DNA from: Octopus sinensis
Taxonomy: Eukaryota
Length of the DNA stretch: 64,000 bases
Direction of reading: 5' to 3'
Assembly (NCBI RefSeq): GCF_006345805.1
Contig: NC_043015.1
Span: forward strand, 1,240,001-1,304,000
Positions within the stretch are counted from its first letter, which is position 1. Each line of letters starts with the position of its first letter. Both the position numbers and the translations under genes were made by a program. Shown here in pieces: positions 42,570 through 57,059 of the stretch. The notes beneath the pieces were generated by a model. The model was given only the letters and a program-made list of their open reading frames with translations, was not told where the DNA came from and did not search any database.

Positions 42570-42915
42570 GGCGGCGAGCTGGCAGAAACGTCATCATCAT
42601 TGTGGTCGTCGTCGTCATTTTCATCATCATTATCATCATCATCATCGTCGTCGTCGTAGTCACCACCGCCAAAACCTCCACCACCACCATCATCATAATC
42701 AGGATCATCATCATTACCACGTTAGTTACTTTGCGGTATTTCGTCTGCCGTTACGTTCTGAGTTCGAATTCCGCCGAGGTCGACATTGCCTTTCATCCTT
42801 TCGGGGTCGATAAATTAAGTACCAGTTTCGCACTGGGGTCGATGTAATCGACTTAATCCCTTTTTCTGTCCTTGTTTGTCTCCTCTATGATTAGCTCCTT
42901 GTGGACAATAAGAAA
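42570..42915 (+). mobile_element. SINE family A interrupted by a 127-bp insertion
   Basis: Head GGCGGCGAGCTGGCAGAAACGT (42570-42591), insert 42592-42718, then ACGTTAG...GCGGTATTTCGTCTGCCG...GAGTTCGAATTCC and the family tail. Confidence 0.88.
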
Positions 42916-44072
42916 ATAAGTATATATATATCAACATACACGTAAATATATGGACGTTTAAATAGTTGTAAGTATACATATGTTCGTTTCTATATGTACG
43001 TGCACATATGTATATGTACACACATATATGCACGTGTACACACACGTGCGTACGCACACATGCATGCACGCATTTACGCACATGCACGCACAAATGCATG
43101 CACACATGTACGCACATGTAAGCACATATATGCATACGAATACATGCATGCATGTATGTATGTATCTATGTATCTATGTATGTAAGCAAGTATGGATAAT
43201 TCCTTTCAAAAGTATCTCCTGTTGACAAGAAGTGATTTAAAATTTTTTTGTCCACAACTTTTGTAAATAAGATGAAGCCAGATCATGTACGCCTTTGTGC
43301 TGAAATAATTGAAACATCCCTTATTTTCATTTTGATCCCATATTTATTGAAAATGCGCAGCATCATTCTTGTTGAATTAACTGTAATTACGATCTGTTTG
43401 AAAAATGATATAATAAAGAAATTTGCTTTCGTAACCGTAATTGAATGAAAATCCTGTGCTGTGACGCAAGATTCAAATGAGAATTAGCGGAGAAAAAAAT
43501 ATCTCAGTGCTAATGTTTGATGGAACCACTGCCGAAAATTGAAATTAATCAATAGGCTACATTCAAAGACGGGAAAAGAAAAAGAAGCAATGACATATTT
43601 GAAGTGATGAGGGAGAAAATAATATGGCGGAGGAGGAAGTAGAAACTTCACAGATATAATGATAATGAGGATTACATAATGAGGATGACGGATATCGAAA
43701 TCGGGCAATAATAAAAATTAAGCATGAGTTATGAATATTTGGAGCTTTAATAAATATAAAGAAAGAGGATAAAAATATAATTGACTAGAAAAGAATATTT
43801 CGAAGAATGGAAAACGAACGCAGAATATAGTCGAGATTGTTGAAGTAGAAAGAAAAAGGAAGATGGAGATTGATATTCTATATAAATAAATTAAGCAAAG
43901 AAAGAGTTTATTACATTAGAAACACGATGTTTGAAATCAAATCAAGAATATACATAAGAATTAGAAACTCGAATAGGTATACCTCGGAGACAAATCATCT
44001 GTCTTTCTGTCTCTTTGCTCGTCTCGCTATATACATACATACATACTACATACATACATACATACATACATG

Positions 44073-44112
<40 letters not shown>

Positions 44113-44154
44113 TATATATATATCTTTATTCTTTTACTTTTTTCAGTAATTTAA

Positions 44155-44520
44155 TTTTGGCCATGCTGTAGCACCGCCTTTAGTGAATGAATCGCCCCAA
44201 GACAGTCTTTATAAGCCTAGTACTTATTCTGTTGGACACTTGTGACACACGGCTAAGTTACAGGGACGTGAAAACAGCAGAATCTATTGCTAAGGAATGT
44301 CGGAGGAACAAACACGGGCACACACACAAACATATGTGTATATATATATATATATGTATGTATGTATATACAAGAAAAGCTTCTTTCAGTTTCCTTTACC
44401 AAATCCACTCACAAGGCTTTGGTTGGACCGAGGCTGTAGTAGAAGACACTTACCCGAGGTGCCACGCAGTGGGACTAAACCTGGAACCATGTGGTTGGAA
44501 AGCAAGGTTCTTACCACCGA
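44155..44520 (-). mobile_element. SINE family B
   Basis: Tail GGCCATGCTGTAGCACCGCCTTTAG, body AAGCCTAGTACTTATT, head GGAACCATGTGGTTGGAAAGCAAG. Confidence 0.85.
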
Positions 44521-45387
44521 CCCACCTCCCTCTGTGTGTGTATGTGTGTATGGGCGTTCGAAAACGCGGAGTAGAGGAAACTGATGAAGGGGGATATTCT
44601 GTATGTTACATGTCTCGTTTCTCTGGGTTTTTTTCGCTGTTCGAAAAAAGTTTGTTTTCTATGTTTTTGTTTTTATGTTTCCCATTGTGTTCAAAGTTTT
44701 TTTGATGTCCTGAACCCATATATTTATGTATATATACATATATATATGTAGGTACGTACATATACGTATGTATATATACATATATTTATATATTATATTA
44801 TTATATGACTGTATACATACATAGATACATACCACACACACACACATATATGTATATATACGCACACACAAACACACAGAATGAGAGAGAGAGGGAGAGA
44901 GATAAATTACGTATATAAATATATAAACATATTCGTCAGGAATCATAGTTTAGATATACCCATGCATAAGTATGTAAACGCGCTGTTTTATATAATATGT
45001 TGGCTGGATGTGTATTCAACACAAGTAGTACATTATATTGTTTATTTCAACAAAATTAATTTCTTATTACGTCAGAATTTTTGCTGAAATATGTCTACGA
45101 GCTTCTATGGATATTTATGGATTTTAGTGGATATGATTATTGCGTCATAGAAATTTAATTTAGATCAAAAGGGATGAAACAGCGCCTTTTCCGAAAATAC
45201 GGGTTCAAAATAAAGTTAAGAAATGTTACAAATCTCTTAAACAATGACACATGATCTGGCTTCGTCTCGTCTACATAAATTGTGAAGAAAATTATTCAAA
45301 TTATTTCTTGTCAACGGGAGGATATTTATGAAACAACACACACACACACACACACACCACCACACACACACACACACATACATATAT

Positions 45388-45432
<45 letters not shown>

Positions 45433-46242
45433 ACACATGTTGTGTGTATGTGTGTATACATGTACGTACATAGAATATACATACATATATGCCTATATAC
45501 ACACAAATACACACACGCATATATTCATAAATGATACACACATGCACATATGCATTCATACATGCATACATACAAACGTACAAACATAAAAATACATACA
45601 TATACAATAATATATATATATATAATATATATATAGATATATTATATATATATATGTTGTGTATGTATATATATATATATACATATAATATGTACGTGTC
45701 ATTACTGTACTTACGTGTGTATATAATAGTATGATGAAGAAAGATGTTGAGCGAAAGAGTCAAGTGTCATATTCTGAGAAATAAACGCGCACACCACGTT
45801 TTCCAATTAGGTATCTGTAACCGAAATGCTGCTTTAGATACTCGCCCTCAACAGTAACAGTTAAGTGCATGCATCGGAAGCTAAGGAAAAAATTACTGTG
45901 ATTTACGTTATACCCATTATAAAAAATGCCTCAACAATGCACTGAACCCACCTGCGACATAGACTGATTACAATTTTCATTAATATTTGTGAGTTAATCC
46001 AGGAAAATATCGAAGCTAATTACCTTTCACTAAACGCAATATTTAATAAGATATCTTATCTGAAATCAATATGCACGAGTTTCTCTAAAAACTGTTAGGC
46101 GGTAATGGGCATGTATCTTCAGATGGAAACATACGCGGTAAAGCTTGAAATCTTACGCGACCGCATATAAATTCTATATGTTACCCGGCTGTTTGTGACA
46201 AAGGAAACATACTTTGTTACATATGTAGCATCGTTGTCAGAT

Positions 46243-46385
46243 GTGCGTGGGTTATTGTTTAATGTGCTGGACTCATGTTCGTAAGGTTGTGGTTTCGATC
46301 CCTTGACCTGACTATGACCTGTTTTCTTGAGCAAAACACTTCGTTTCACAATGCTACAGTTCACTTAGCAAAACTTGAGCAATCC
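46243..46385 (+). mobile_element. SINE family C head and core fragment
   Basis: GTAAGGTTGTGGTTTCGATCCC...CTTGAGCAAAACACTTCGTTTCACAATGCT. Confidence 0.65.
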
Positions 46386-46968
46386 TTATCAAATCGGCGA
46401 TCCGTACGGTGGAGTATATAAACCAAACAAAGCGGAGCAAACTGGGCCTAAGTATTTATGGTTCACGAAAGGAGTTTGATCTCAATTTTATTTTTCATTG
46501 TAACTTTGAGAATGGATTTTAATTCGTTCCAAATTAGCAGTACTTCTAGACATTAACCGTAATCCACAAAAAGGGAAATACCTACAGCCATACACACACG
46601 AACAAGTATACATACACATATAAAACCATGCGCACACAGACATAATGCGGTAGAGAGACGTAGCGAGATAGAGGCAGAGAGTCTGTGAGAAATGTAGTTT
46701 TAGAATATACATAATATATATATATATATAATATATATATACATATGAGCATGTATGAATTGATGTAAGGAGTATGATCTGAATGTAAAAATGTTTTCGA
46801 AACTTCTCTCCAAACTAAAATTTTTCTTCTGAACAAAAATAAAAATTAATCATGGACGTGTATACATACACGCACAAAAAAAAAAGGGAAAATAAGATGT
46901 ACCTTCCTATATTGAAATTAACCTATGATCTACGATATTCACGTATGTACATATGAAAATATAAATAA

Positions 46969-47050
<82 letters not shown>

Positions 47051-47162
47051 ATATATATATATATAAATATATATATATATACCTGCGTACGCTTTTAAGT
47101 ATACAACGATGCAAAACAATGCATATCTAAATAACATGTGCATATGTATGACATATACATAT

Positions 47163-47217
<55 letters not shown>

Positions 47218-48185
47218 CATATACATATATATAAATATATGTGTGTGTGTATACGCATATATGTTTAACTATATATATATATATACGTACACACATGCAT
47301 GCGTGTATATGTGTATGTATTTATATGTATATGTATATTTTTATATATATGCATGTATCTTTGTATGTGTGTATGCATGTATGTATTTTGTGTACGCATG
47401 CATGTAATGTTCTTCTCATATACTTTATAGATCGACTACAGAAATTGTATTACGCACGTGAGTCTATGTTCATGTAGTATCGTATGAGTGTATGTGTGAA
47501 TGAGAGAGAGAGAGAGAGAGAATATTTGAAATAGAAAGAGGGGAACGGGAGTGAAAAAACGGGAGAAGGGCAGACAGAGAGGTTCCAAGAAGTGTTCAAA
47601 TAAGTTATAATTTAATTTCATAAAGAATTACTTCAAGCGAAGAATTGGTCCTGAAATTCATCGAATATTGCTTTAGACATATGATATATTGTATCTTTCT
47701 AATGTTGTTATGTTATCAAATATTATATTTGATATGTAATCGTATATAGACATAGAAATATATACATGCATTTATATATATAAATACAACTGTTGGTCTA
47801 TTTCACACACACACACACCACACACACACATATATATACACACATATATATATGCGTGTATATATACATATATATATGTGTGTGCCCGTGGGTTTTTGCT
47901 CTTGTGTATGCTCACGTTCCTGTGTGTGCGCGTTTGTGTGCGCGTGTGCGCATGCGTGTGTGTGCGTGTGCGCGTGTGTATATCTGAGAAATATATTCAT
48001 GCGCATTTCACTTACTGTCACATATTGCGAATATATGTATGCGTGTATATGTATATATATATATATATATATAATATATATATATATACATATATATATG
48101 TATATACACGCACACATATATATATATATAATATATATATACATACACACATATATATATATACATGTATATGTATATATAGATG

Positions 48186-48233
<48 letters not shown>

Positions 48234-48811
48234 CCTACACATACATATATAAAGTTTAATGCGTGTGGTGATTCGTCCGTGACGCGTGTTTGAAGATTCT
48301 CTGTATACATGTGCGAATATCTCCGTCTGTATGAATGTCTGTCACATATATGTGCGACTGAGTATGGGAGTGTACATATGTGTGAGCGTGTTTACGCGTG
48401 TGTTAGCGTATACGATTGATGCTAGTATTACTGCCTGTCAATGCTTTCATATCTAACAGTCTGTTTGTCCTCATATATGTGTGTATTTAGGCTGATAGGC
48501 TTGTGTCTTTCAATTGCTCTTGATGAGAGATACCCATTCAGCAATGAAAAGTCCACCATTTTGAAACGAAATCTCTAACTTAATGTCATGACCTTTACAA
48601 GCCTTTCTTATCACTTGGTGACATTTCGTTCTCTATGATTGCTCATTTCTAAAGGTAGCCAAAAAATATTTCAGATAACCGAATCGCACATTCCTTTCGT
48701 CTTGCAATTCCTTACTCGGGGAAAATGGCCAAGAATTTCCATACAGAACGATAATTATGTATCTGTAATCTCTACGCATCGCTGTCTCATTTATATATAT
48801 CTATATATGTG

Positions 48812-48860
<49 letters not shown>

Positions 48861-48983
48861 ATATATATATATATTATATATGTATGTATATATATATATA
48901 TGTATATATATATATAATTATATATATACATATATATATATGTGTATGTATATATATGTATATATATATATATATATATATAC

Positions 48984-49051
<68 letters not shown>

Positions 49052-49567
49052 TGTGTACTCATATACATTATTCTCGTATACAGATATACTCATAAAGATT
49101 ATATATGTCTATCTGTGTATTTGGCTGTGTAATACTTGTATATATGTAAAGATATATGTGTGTGTATGTGTGTATGGGTTTGGTGCTATGAAGTCCGCGT
49201 ACGACTATATATGTCGCATTTATACATAGATATATATATATATATATATATAATATATATATATACACATATACATATACATACATACATAAACTTATAC
49301 ATATGTACGTAAATACACACATCTGTGTGGCACTACGTCAGTATTAATGCTAGAATTTAATGTTTTAATGTCTCCTTCCTTAGATAGAGTCCTAAATATC
49401 AGATTAATTTTCTCTTTATTTTTCTTTCTCCTTCGTGAATTTAACGTTTATATCATTTATCCATCGATCACATTATTATTAGTAGTATATTTTACTTGTT
49501 CGATACATTTATGCTAGTCTTTGCACGTTTTTTCCCCATCCTCTCTCTGTCTCCATATATATATGTT

Positions 49568-49607
<40 letters not shown>

Positions 49608-49624
49608 TATATATATGTATATAC

Positions 49625-49656
<32 letters not shown>

Positions 49657-49701
49657 TTATTCATATTTATATTTATACTTCCATATATACATATATATAC
49701 A

Positions 49702-49772
<71 letters not shown>

Positions 49773-52265
49773 ATATATATATTTGTAAGTGCTCTCACGC
49801 ACAAAATATGCAGACACAATATATATATATACAAACATATATATGTATATATATATATATATAATATATACTCACATACAAACACACATACACACACAAA
49901 CGTGAGTTTATGCGTCTATATATATATGTGAATTTGCAGGCCCATATTTGTGTATACATATTCGCATTGGTACCACTTTGCTTACCTCCGTGCACGCATT
50001 TCGTCGATCTCTTTACGTGTTTCTATATGCGTGTACGATTTACGAATATACCTGTGTCTCCTCTTTCTCTCTCTCTCTCTCACTCTCGCTTTCTGGTTCC
50101 AGTTTTTATACTATCAAACATTCCCTCCCCCATTCTAAAATAATGAAGTATATGTTGTGGATTCACGTTTCGTAAGATTGATCACCAAATTTATGGTGCC
50201 CTTTTGGATACCCCACTAGCAACAATATCTGCTCATCGTTTTAATATTGTCTGGGGGGTTGTTTTTTTTGGTAAGGAGTTTACTATTACCCACTTGAAGT
50301 TTTCTTTATTTTCTCTCAGATTTAGAATCGTTATTAGGCCTTTCTTTAATTTTTCCTGAATCCACTTTAGTTAATTGTTATTATTATTATTATTCATTTC
50401 ACCGTTATGGTGAATTTGGATAATTTTTTTTCTATATCTTATATAGTGAACATAAGTATGTTGTCACAAAATTGATAGATAAATATCACATTCTTATTTT
50501 TACTGACGAAGTTCATAAAGTTTTTATCATGACCCTTATCTATAGTGTGCTGAAAACCCTATCGTTATGTTTTAGTTTCGATTCTTAGGCGGAGCTACCA
50601 GTTATGCGTTTTAATAAAATAATTCTTTTCGTCTTGTTAAATTTACTTTCATAAAAACTTAGTACAAATAATTCTTGGGGTTTGTACCTCAAACTAACAG
50701 GTAACACATTCAAAGGAAACATTGTGTCATGTTGCTTCTAAGTCAGAGAAACCTGAGTATCCTACCGGCGTTATGAGCTTGTAGACTTCTGGTTGACCAA
50801 TGAATAAAGTCTCTTATTCATAGAATAATAAAATAAGAGGGATAACTTCCATGAGATTTTCAGAACATTGAAAGTGATACCTGGCCATGTTTTCCTAAAT
50901 CTACACACTAGTGAGAGTATCTTGTGTGCACAATATATTATACTAGAGGGACAGCATACATGGCCTAGTGTTCAGCTATCTTGACTCTGGATCATAATGC
51001 ATTTGGTTTAGATATCTGTTGTCGGAGGTACATTGTGACTTGTACTATTTGCTATACTAAAATATTATTGGTGTCCACTCAGCGGGCAAAAGATTTATTG
51101 AGGTGGGTACAGGACAGGAGTGCAGGAGATTCTCATCGGACAAAATTACTCTGATGAATTATAAATTCCAGACGATTTATCTTTATCATTAAAAAGATTT
51201 AAAAAAAAACCTACTTCGCCTTTGTCCCATGTAATATCAAGACCGGTCAATTAAATACTGAAAGAGATTTAATAAATTGTCCTCTCTCAACGTAATGCAG
51301 GTGAATGCTTATATAAGAATTTCTTTATAGTGACATAAACAATAAGAGCAACAACAACAAATTACATTATATATTCTCTAAGCATTTAATCATAGGCTGC
51401 AATTTTGAATAATGATATTTCAGACATTGTCTTACATAGATGCGAATAAACCCGAATATACATAAATTGTGAATAATTCAGAATATATTTAAATTTCCTT
51501 CTTCTCCAGTTCCAGCCGGCAAACACTTTTTACATTTTTTAGTTAAATATATTTCTGAAATAAGGACATATTTGAATTAAATATATTGTTTGTAACAACA
51601 ACATTTAAATAACGGGTATATGTATAGACTCAAATATCGAAAATTCTGCGGGTACATTATACGCAGCAATATCCGTGTGTGTATATATCTCTACATGCCA
51701 GCATGCATATATACATATGTGTGTTTATGTGTATGTGAGAGAGAGTATTTGCGTGTGTATTTGTGTGTGTATGTATGTGTTTGTGTGTATACATACATAC
51801 ATACATATTGAAGCTACGAAGAGAGAAAGTATAATTTTGTTAATGTGAGAACAAAGTTAGGTAATGATCTACGCTATTAATTCTACTTACAAATCTATTA
51901 CAGTTCACAACAATATTTTTTAACTACATTGTCCCAAAGCCATTACAGCTCTGGCTGCATTTTGAGATATGAAGGCCCTAACTAAGGACATTATTTCAAA
52001 TTTGAACCCAGAAAGAATTTCTACATTCTCATCTCAGCATTGTTTAATTTTTTTTTTAATTACACTAAATGTTATGTGTCATCGTAACTGCATTCATTGG
52101 CTCAAATCATTAGTAAAATTAAAAGAAGTAAAAACGGAAAATACTCGTTCATAAGAAGATACTTACTTGTTATCCATTAAGATTCATAGGAAAGAAACAA
52201 TGAAATGGGCTCATATAAACGTACATCCATATACATAAATATATATAAACATATATATATATATG

Positions 52266-52296
<31 letters not shown>

Positions 52297-52656
52297 ATTA
52301 AATATTATAGTATATATAATACATATTATATATATGTATATATAGATACATATTTATATACAAGCGCGTTTGTATATACATAGGTTTATACACATTGTGT
52401 GTGTGTGAGTGTTTGTGGCGTATGTCATTATTAATTTTATTTTTCAGAGATATTTAGATACTTAGAAGAGATAAAGATTCATTAAAATCTATTGAAACGG
52501 AGGACAGATGAAGGAAATGCTGTTAATGGAAAGTAAGACTCACACACTCACCTCCAATATACACATATACATAGGAGAACGCTATCATAAGACCTACACA
52601 TACACACTAAAAGAACACTGAAGATATTACGTGACGCACACATAAATTCATTTTAT

Positions 52657-52701
<45 letters not shown>

Positions 52702-52971
52702 TATATACATACATATATGCATATAATACTAATATATGCATCTATACGCTTGTATTCATATATATATATATACATGCATATATATGTATATGTACACGCA
52801 TATATATATGTATATTTCCATGTATATATTTATGCACGTATATAGATATGTATATATGAATATATAATATATATATATCTGTATATATATAAATATTAAT
52901 ATATTATATATATATATATATATATAATATATCAATATATATATGAATTATACATATTTATATATATACAA

Positions 52972-53007
<36 letters not shown>

Positions 53008-53038
53008 CTTCTCAATGATAATTAAAAATATTCAAAAT

Positions 53039-53102
<64 letters not shown>

Positions 53103-53624
53103 TTATTTATTTATTTTATATACGTATGTATATGTATGTACTCATATGTATGTATATAGACGGATCCTATTCAGGAAATTGCTAAAATAAATATATACAT
53201 TATGAAAGTAATCAATTTCTGATTCACAAATGAGTTTTATATATTCTTCCTTTTGTTCTCATTGACATTGTTTAAATGATGTTGCTGATGTTTCTCTTCT
53301 GGTTGTTGTCTCTTATTGTTTTGTTTAAATATAATTCTGGCCTTCATTGCTTATATGATTTTGGTATAATTTTCTTACTTTGTTTTCAGGAATCCTTTTT
53401 CTTATTTATCGTCTTTCTTGTAGTTTATTTATTTAATTTTTTCTTTGTTTTCGTTTATGTTGGCTTTGGTGAGTTCTTGGAAACTAATTGATAAAATCTA
53501 AATACATCATAAGCGATCAGCCATTGATTTTAAAGCAATTAAATTGAGAAGTAAAATTATTACCACGGTAGTGTAAAATTTAAATTAATATTCATTCCTG
53601 TTTCCCTGAATTTACGTACGTGCA

Positions 53625-53778
53625 CGTATGCATGTATGTATGTATGTATGTATGTATGTATGTATGTATGTATGTATGTATATGTATGTATGTATATATG
53701 TATGTAGGTATGTAAAGTATGCGTTTGTACGTGTTAGTTCATGTGTTATATATCTGTGAATTTGTATGCATAATTGAT

Positions 53779-53857
<79 letters not shown>

Positions 53858-53862
53858 GTCTG

Positions 53863-53893
<31 letters not shown>

Positions 53894-53906
53894 GTCTGTC
53901 TATCTG

Positions 53907-53943
<37 letters not shown>

Positions 53944-54150
53944 TTATCTATCTACTTATCTGTCTGTCTGTCTGTGTAATTATCTGCCTTTTTAGGTCCC
54001 CGTAACCTAGCTATCTGTTTATCGGTCTATCTATATATTTATCTATCTGTAAGCCTGTTTCTTTCTATCTGTATGTATGTATGTATGTATGTATGTATGT
54101 ATGCATGTATGTATGTATGTATGTATGCATGTGTTTATGTATGTATGTAT
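53625..54150. repeat. (TATG)n and (TATC)n microsatellites
   Basis: Visible directly. Confidence 0.93.
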
Positions 54151-54707
54151 ATATTATTCTTTAACAAGGATATAATTGATAACGAGCTCGAAGGTTCGGG
54201 AAGCTAACCCAACTTCAGACAGTCCAATGTTGGAGGAGTCGTTAGTCGAAATTTCGAAGTCACTATGAAAACTATTCTTTTTCAATATATACATACATCT
54301 ATACCTCATTTTATTGTATAAAACGACTTTATCTCAATTGAACGTGTACTGAATATATTTCTTAGGCTAAAAAACACCATATTATTCTTAGACTGAGATG
54401 CATCGTCACGCTATGCCGTTGTCGGACTATGTTTATATATATGTGTGTATGTGTGTGTATGTGTGTGTGTGTGTGTTTGTGTTGTGTTTGTGTGTATGTG
54501 TTTGTCTCTGTGTGTGTGTATTATATTAGACGAAAAATAAAAAGCAAACCAAAGCAGAACGAGTGTCTCATGTCATTTAGAATAACTTAATTAGAGTAAT
54601 GTGAATTTAAATTCTTACAACTGTCCCTGAGATACCCCAACCGGTATGTTATTATGTCCAATCACTAGGTATTCTGTCATCAAATCAAGATATAAATAAT
54701 TTAGACA

Positions 54708-54861
54708 ATGGGTGTGTGGTATGTAGCTTGCTTACCAACCACATGGTTCCGTGTTCAGTCCCACTGCGTGGCACTTTGGCCAAGTGTCTTCTGCTACAAC
54801 CTAGCGCCGACCAAAGCCTTGTGAGTGGATTTGGTAGACAGAAACTGAAAGAAGCCCGTCG

Positions 54862-54934
<73 letters not shown>

Positions 54935-55122
54935 CTATATATGTGTGTGTGTGTGTGTGTATATGTTGCGTATCTATGTTTGTCCCGTAAATTAGTGTTT
55001 CGGCAAAAGAGACCAATAAAATAAGTACTAGGCTTACAAAGAATAAGTCCTGGGGTCGATTGGATTCCACTAAAAGCGGTGCATCAGCATGGCCGCAGTA
55101 AACAAGTAAAAGAGTAAAAGAG
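54708..55122 (+). mobile_element. Full-length SINE family B with internal microsatellite
   Basis: tRNA-like head, core, (TA)n/(TG)n, tail CAGCATGGCCGCAG and AAGTAAAAGAGTAAAAGAG. Confidence 0.88.
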
Positions 55123-55263
55123 AGATTAAAGAGCTTACAAGGGATAAAATTCACAGTATGTAAGGAATGAAATAGAGTGCTTTATTATTGTAATTTATAA
55201 CTTTTAAACTACGATTTTATTTTTTGTAAATTCTAAATTTCCCTGTTTAGAATATTCGTAAAT

Positions 55264-55340
55264 TGCCTCTGATGACGGAATACCCAGTGTGTGGACATAA
55301 GAATCTACCGCTCGGGTAACACAGAAACGGCTGTAAGACT
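55264..55340 (+). ncRNA. Degenerate type I hammerhead-like motif
   Basis: CTGATGA (55269-55275)...GAAAC-GGCT-GTA; stem I TGCCT/AGACT has mismatches; inner TACCC.AG/CTCGGGTA helix present, but the base of stem II is unpaired. Confidence 0.4.
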
Positions 55341-55613
55341 TCGTGCTGCATCTGAAGTTTTGTCAGTGAACAGGGAGCGGTCTCAAAGCGACGAAAATAT
55401 TGTGACAAATTAAATTTATATGTTGAAGTGAATATAACGGTTTTTGCGTGTTTCTTAAATGGCTTATAAACACCTTCCACACTGCAATTCTTTTCGTTCC
55501 AGCACACGATCCCAGATCAGGTTACTTGCTATGCAAGTACATCTCCGTAACACACACACACACACATATGTATAAATATTTATATATATTATAATATATA
55601 TATATTATATATA

Positions 55614-55987
55614 TCTATATATATATATATAAACGGCAGTTTGTCTGTGCGTGTTTCTGTGTGTCTGTTTGCTTGTACCCTCACCCTGACCACGGCTTTC
55701 AACCGATTCTGATGAAACTTGACACACACATAGCCCAATGTCATAATTCAAAACTAACGCAGCGAAAATTTTGAAAAGTTCCCCCAGTTCTGAAAAAAAA
55801 TCGATAATTCGACATGGGGTCGAGAATCAGAAACACAAACCACAAACTCCACCTTTTTTTAAATCTCAAAAAAAAATTTACCATCATTTTTTTTCCATTT
55901 TTTTGCTATTTTTTTACTATAACTCTCTAAAAATGCTTTATAGTTATTTCCCTTACAAACCTGAGCAACGCCGGGCGATACTGCTAG
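55614..55987 (+). mobile_element. Non-autonomous Helitron-like element
   Basis: 5' A|TCTATATAT... and 3' GAGCAACGCCGGGCGATACTGCTAG|T, i.e. TC...CTAG termini in an AT target with a GC-rich subterminal segment. Confidence 0.65.
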
Positions 55988-56179
55988 TATATATATATAT
56001 ATATATCCGTAATAATGAAGGGTGAAATTAATTAATTTGGAATAATTATCAATTACACCAAGTAGTCTTCGGCATGTAAAAGCCTCATTCGAGGAAAATT
56101 TAAGTAATACTAAGCAATAAAGGGTTTAGCAACGAATTGCCCTCAAAATTCAATATATAATCATTTATGATTATAGTAT

Positions 56180-56281
56180 TCTACGCTGAAGAAGAAGGAA
56201 GTTTTTTGGTAAAATAGAATTATTTGATATTTAATTCTTATGCTTTCCTAAGGACTTGATTTCGAAACGTACGTCCGTAGA
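56180..56281 (+). ncRNA. Type I hammerhead ribozyme motif, copy 1
   Basis: Stem I TCTACG/CGTAGA; CTGAAGA (56186-56192); extended stem II with an A.C base; GAAAC-GTAC-GTC with predicted cleavage after 56275. Confidence 0.8.
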
Positions 56282-56770
56282 TAACTTGAAATTGTAATAG
56301 ATTGCCGTCAATTCATCCTCCTTACCTGTTTGTGTCTCCTTCCAATTGCTGTTTTTACTGAGATCTCCCTTTTTAGTAGAAGTAATAGCTATAACTCTTT
56401 GACTGCTATTCTAAAATTCGGTATGTGGTAAGGCATTCGTTGCTAAACCCCTTTATTGCTTAGTATTACTTAAATTTTCCTCGAATGAGGCTTTTACATG
56501 CCGAAGACTACTTGGTGTAATTGATAATTATTCCAATTAATTAATTTCACCCTTCATTATTACGGATAACCATATTTTATCTCAGTAGATGACCACAGCA
56601 TCTTGTTTTGGCTACACGCGGGGGGGAAGGGGCTGGTGGACACAATCTTTCCATTCACACATTGAATTTGTGATACTAGTTGCGGGTTCTAGCTCGCTCT
56701 GATACTGAGTTGAGTTGGTGCCTTCTAGTATCTCAAAATTCATATATAATCATTTATGATTATAGTATTA

Positions 56771-56869
56771 CTACGCTGAAGAGAAAGGAAGTTTTTGGTA
56801 AGATAGAATTATTTGATATTTAATTCTTATGCTTTCCTAAGGACTTGATTTCGAAACGTACGTCCGTAG
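56771..56869 (+). ncRNA. Type I hammerhead ribozyme motif, copy 2 (canonical core)
   Basis: Stem I CTACG/CGTAG; CTGAAGA (56776-56782); stem II GAAA/TTTC with G10.1-C11.1 and inner AGGAAG/CTTTCCT and AGAATTA/TAATTCT helices; GAAAC-GTAC-GTC with predicted cleavage after 56864. Confidence 0.88.
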
Positions 56870-57059
56870 ATAACTTAAAATTGTATGATAGATTGCCGTC
56901 AATCATTCTCTCTTACCTGTTGTTTGTCTGCCTTCCAATTGCTGTTTTTACTGAGATCTCCCTTTTTAGTAGAAGTAATACTATAACTCTTTGACTGCTA
57001 TTTCTAAATTCGGTATGTGGTATGGCAATTCGTTGCTAACACTTTATTGCTTAGTATTA

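Noticed and set aside
44545-44722. CTGATGA-containing repeat with short terminal similarity
   Set aside because: The core is followed by GTTTC rather than GAAAC and no consistent fold was found. Possibly a rearranged terminus.
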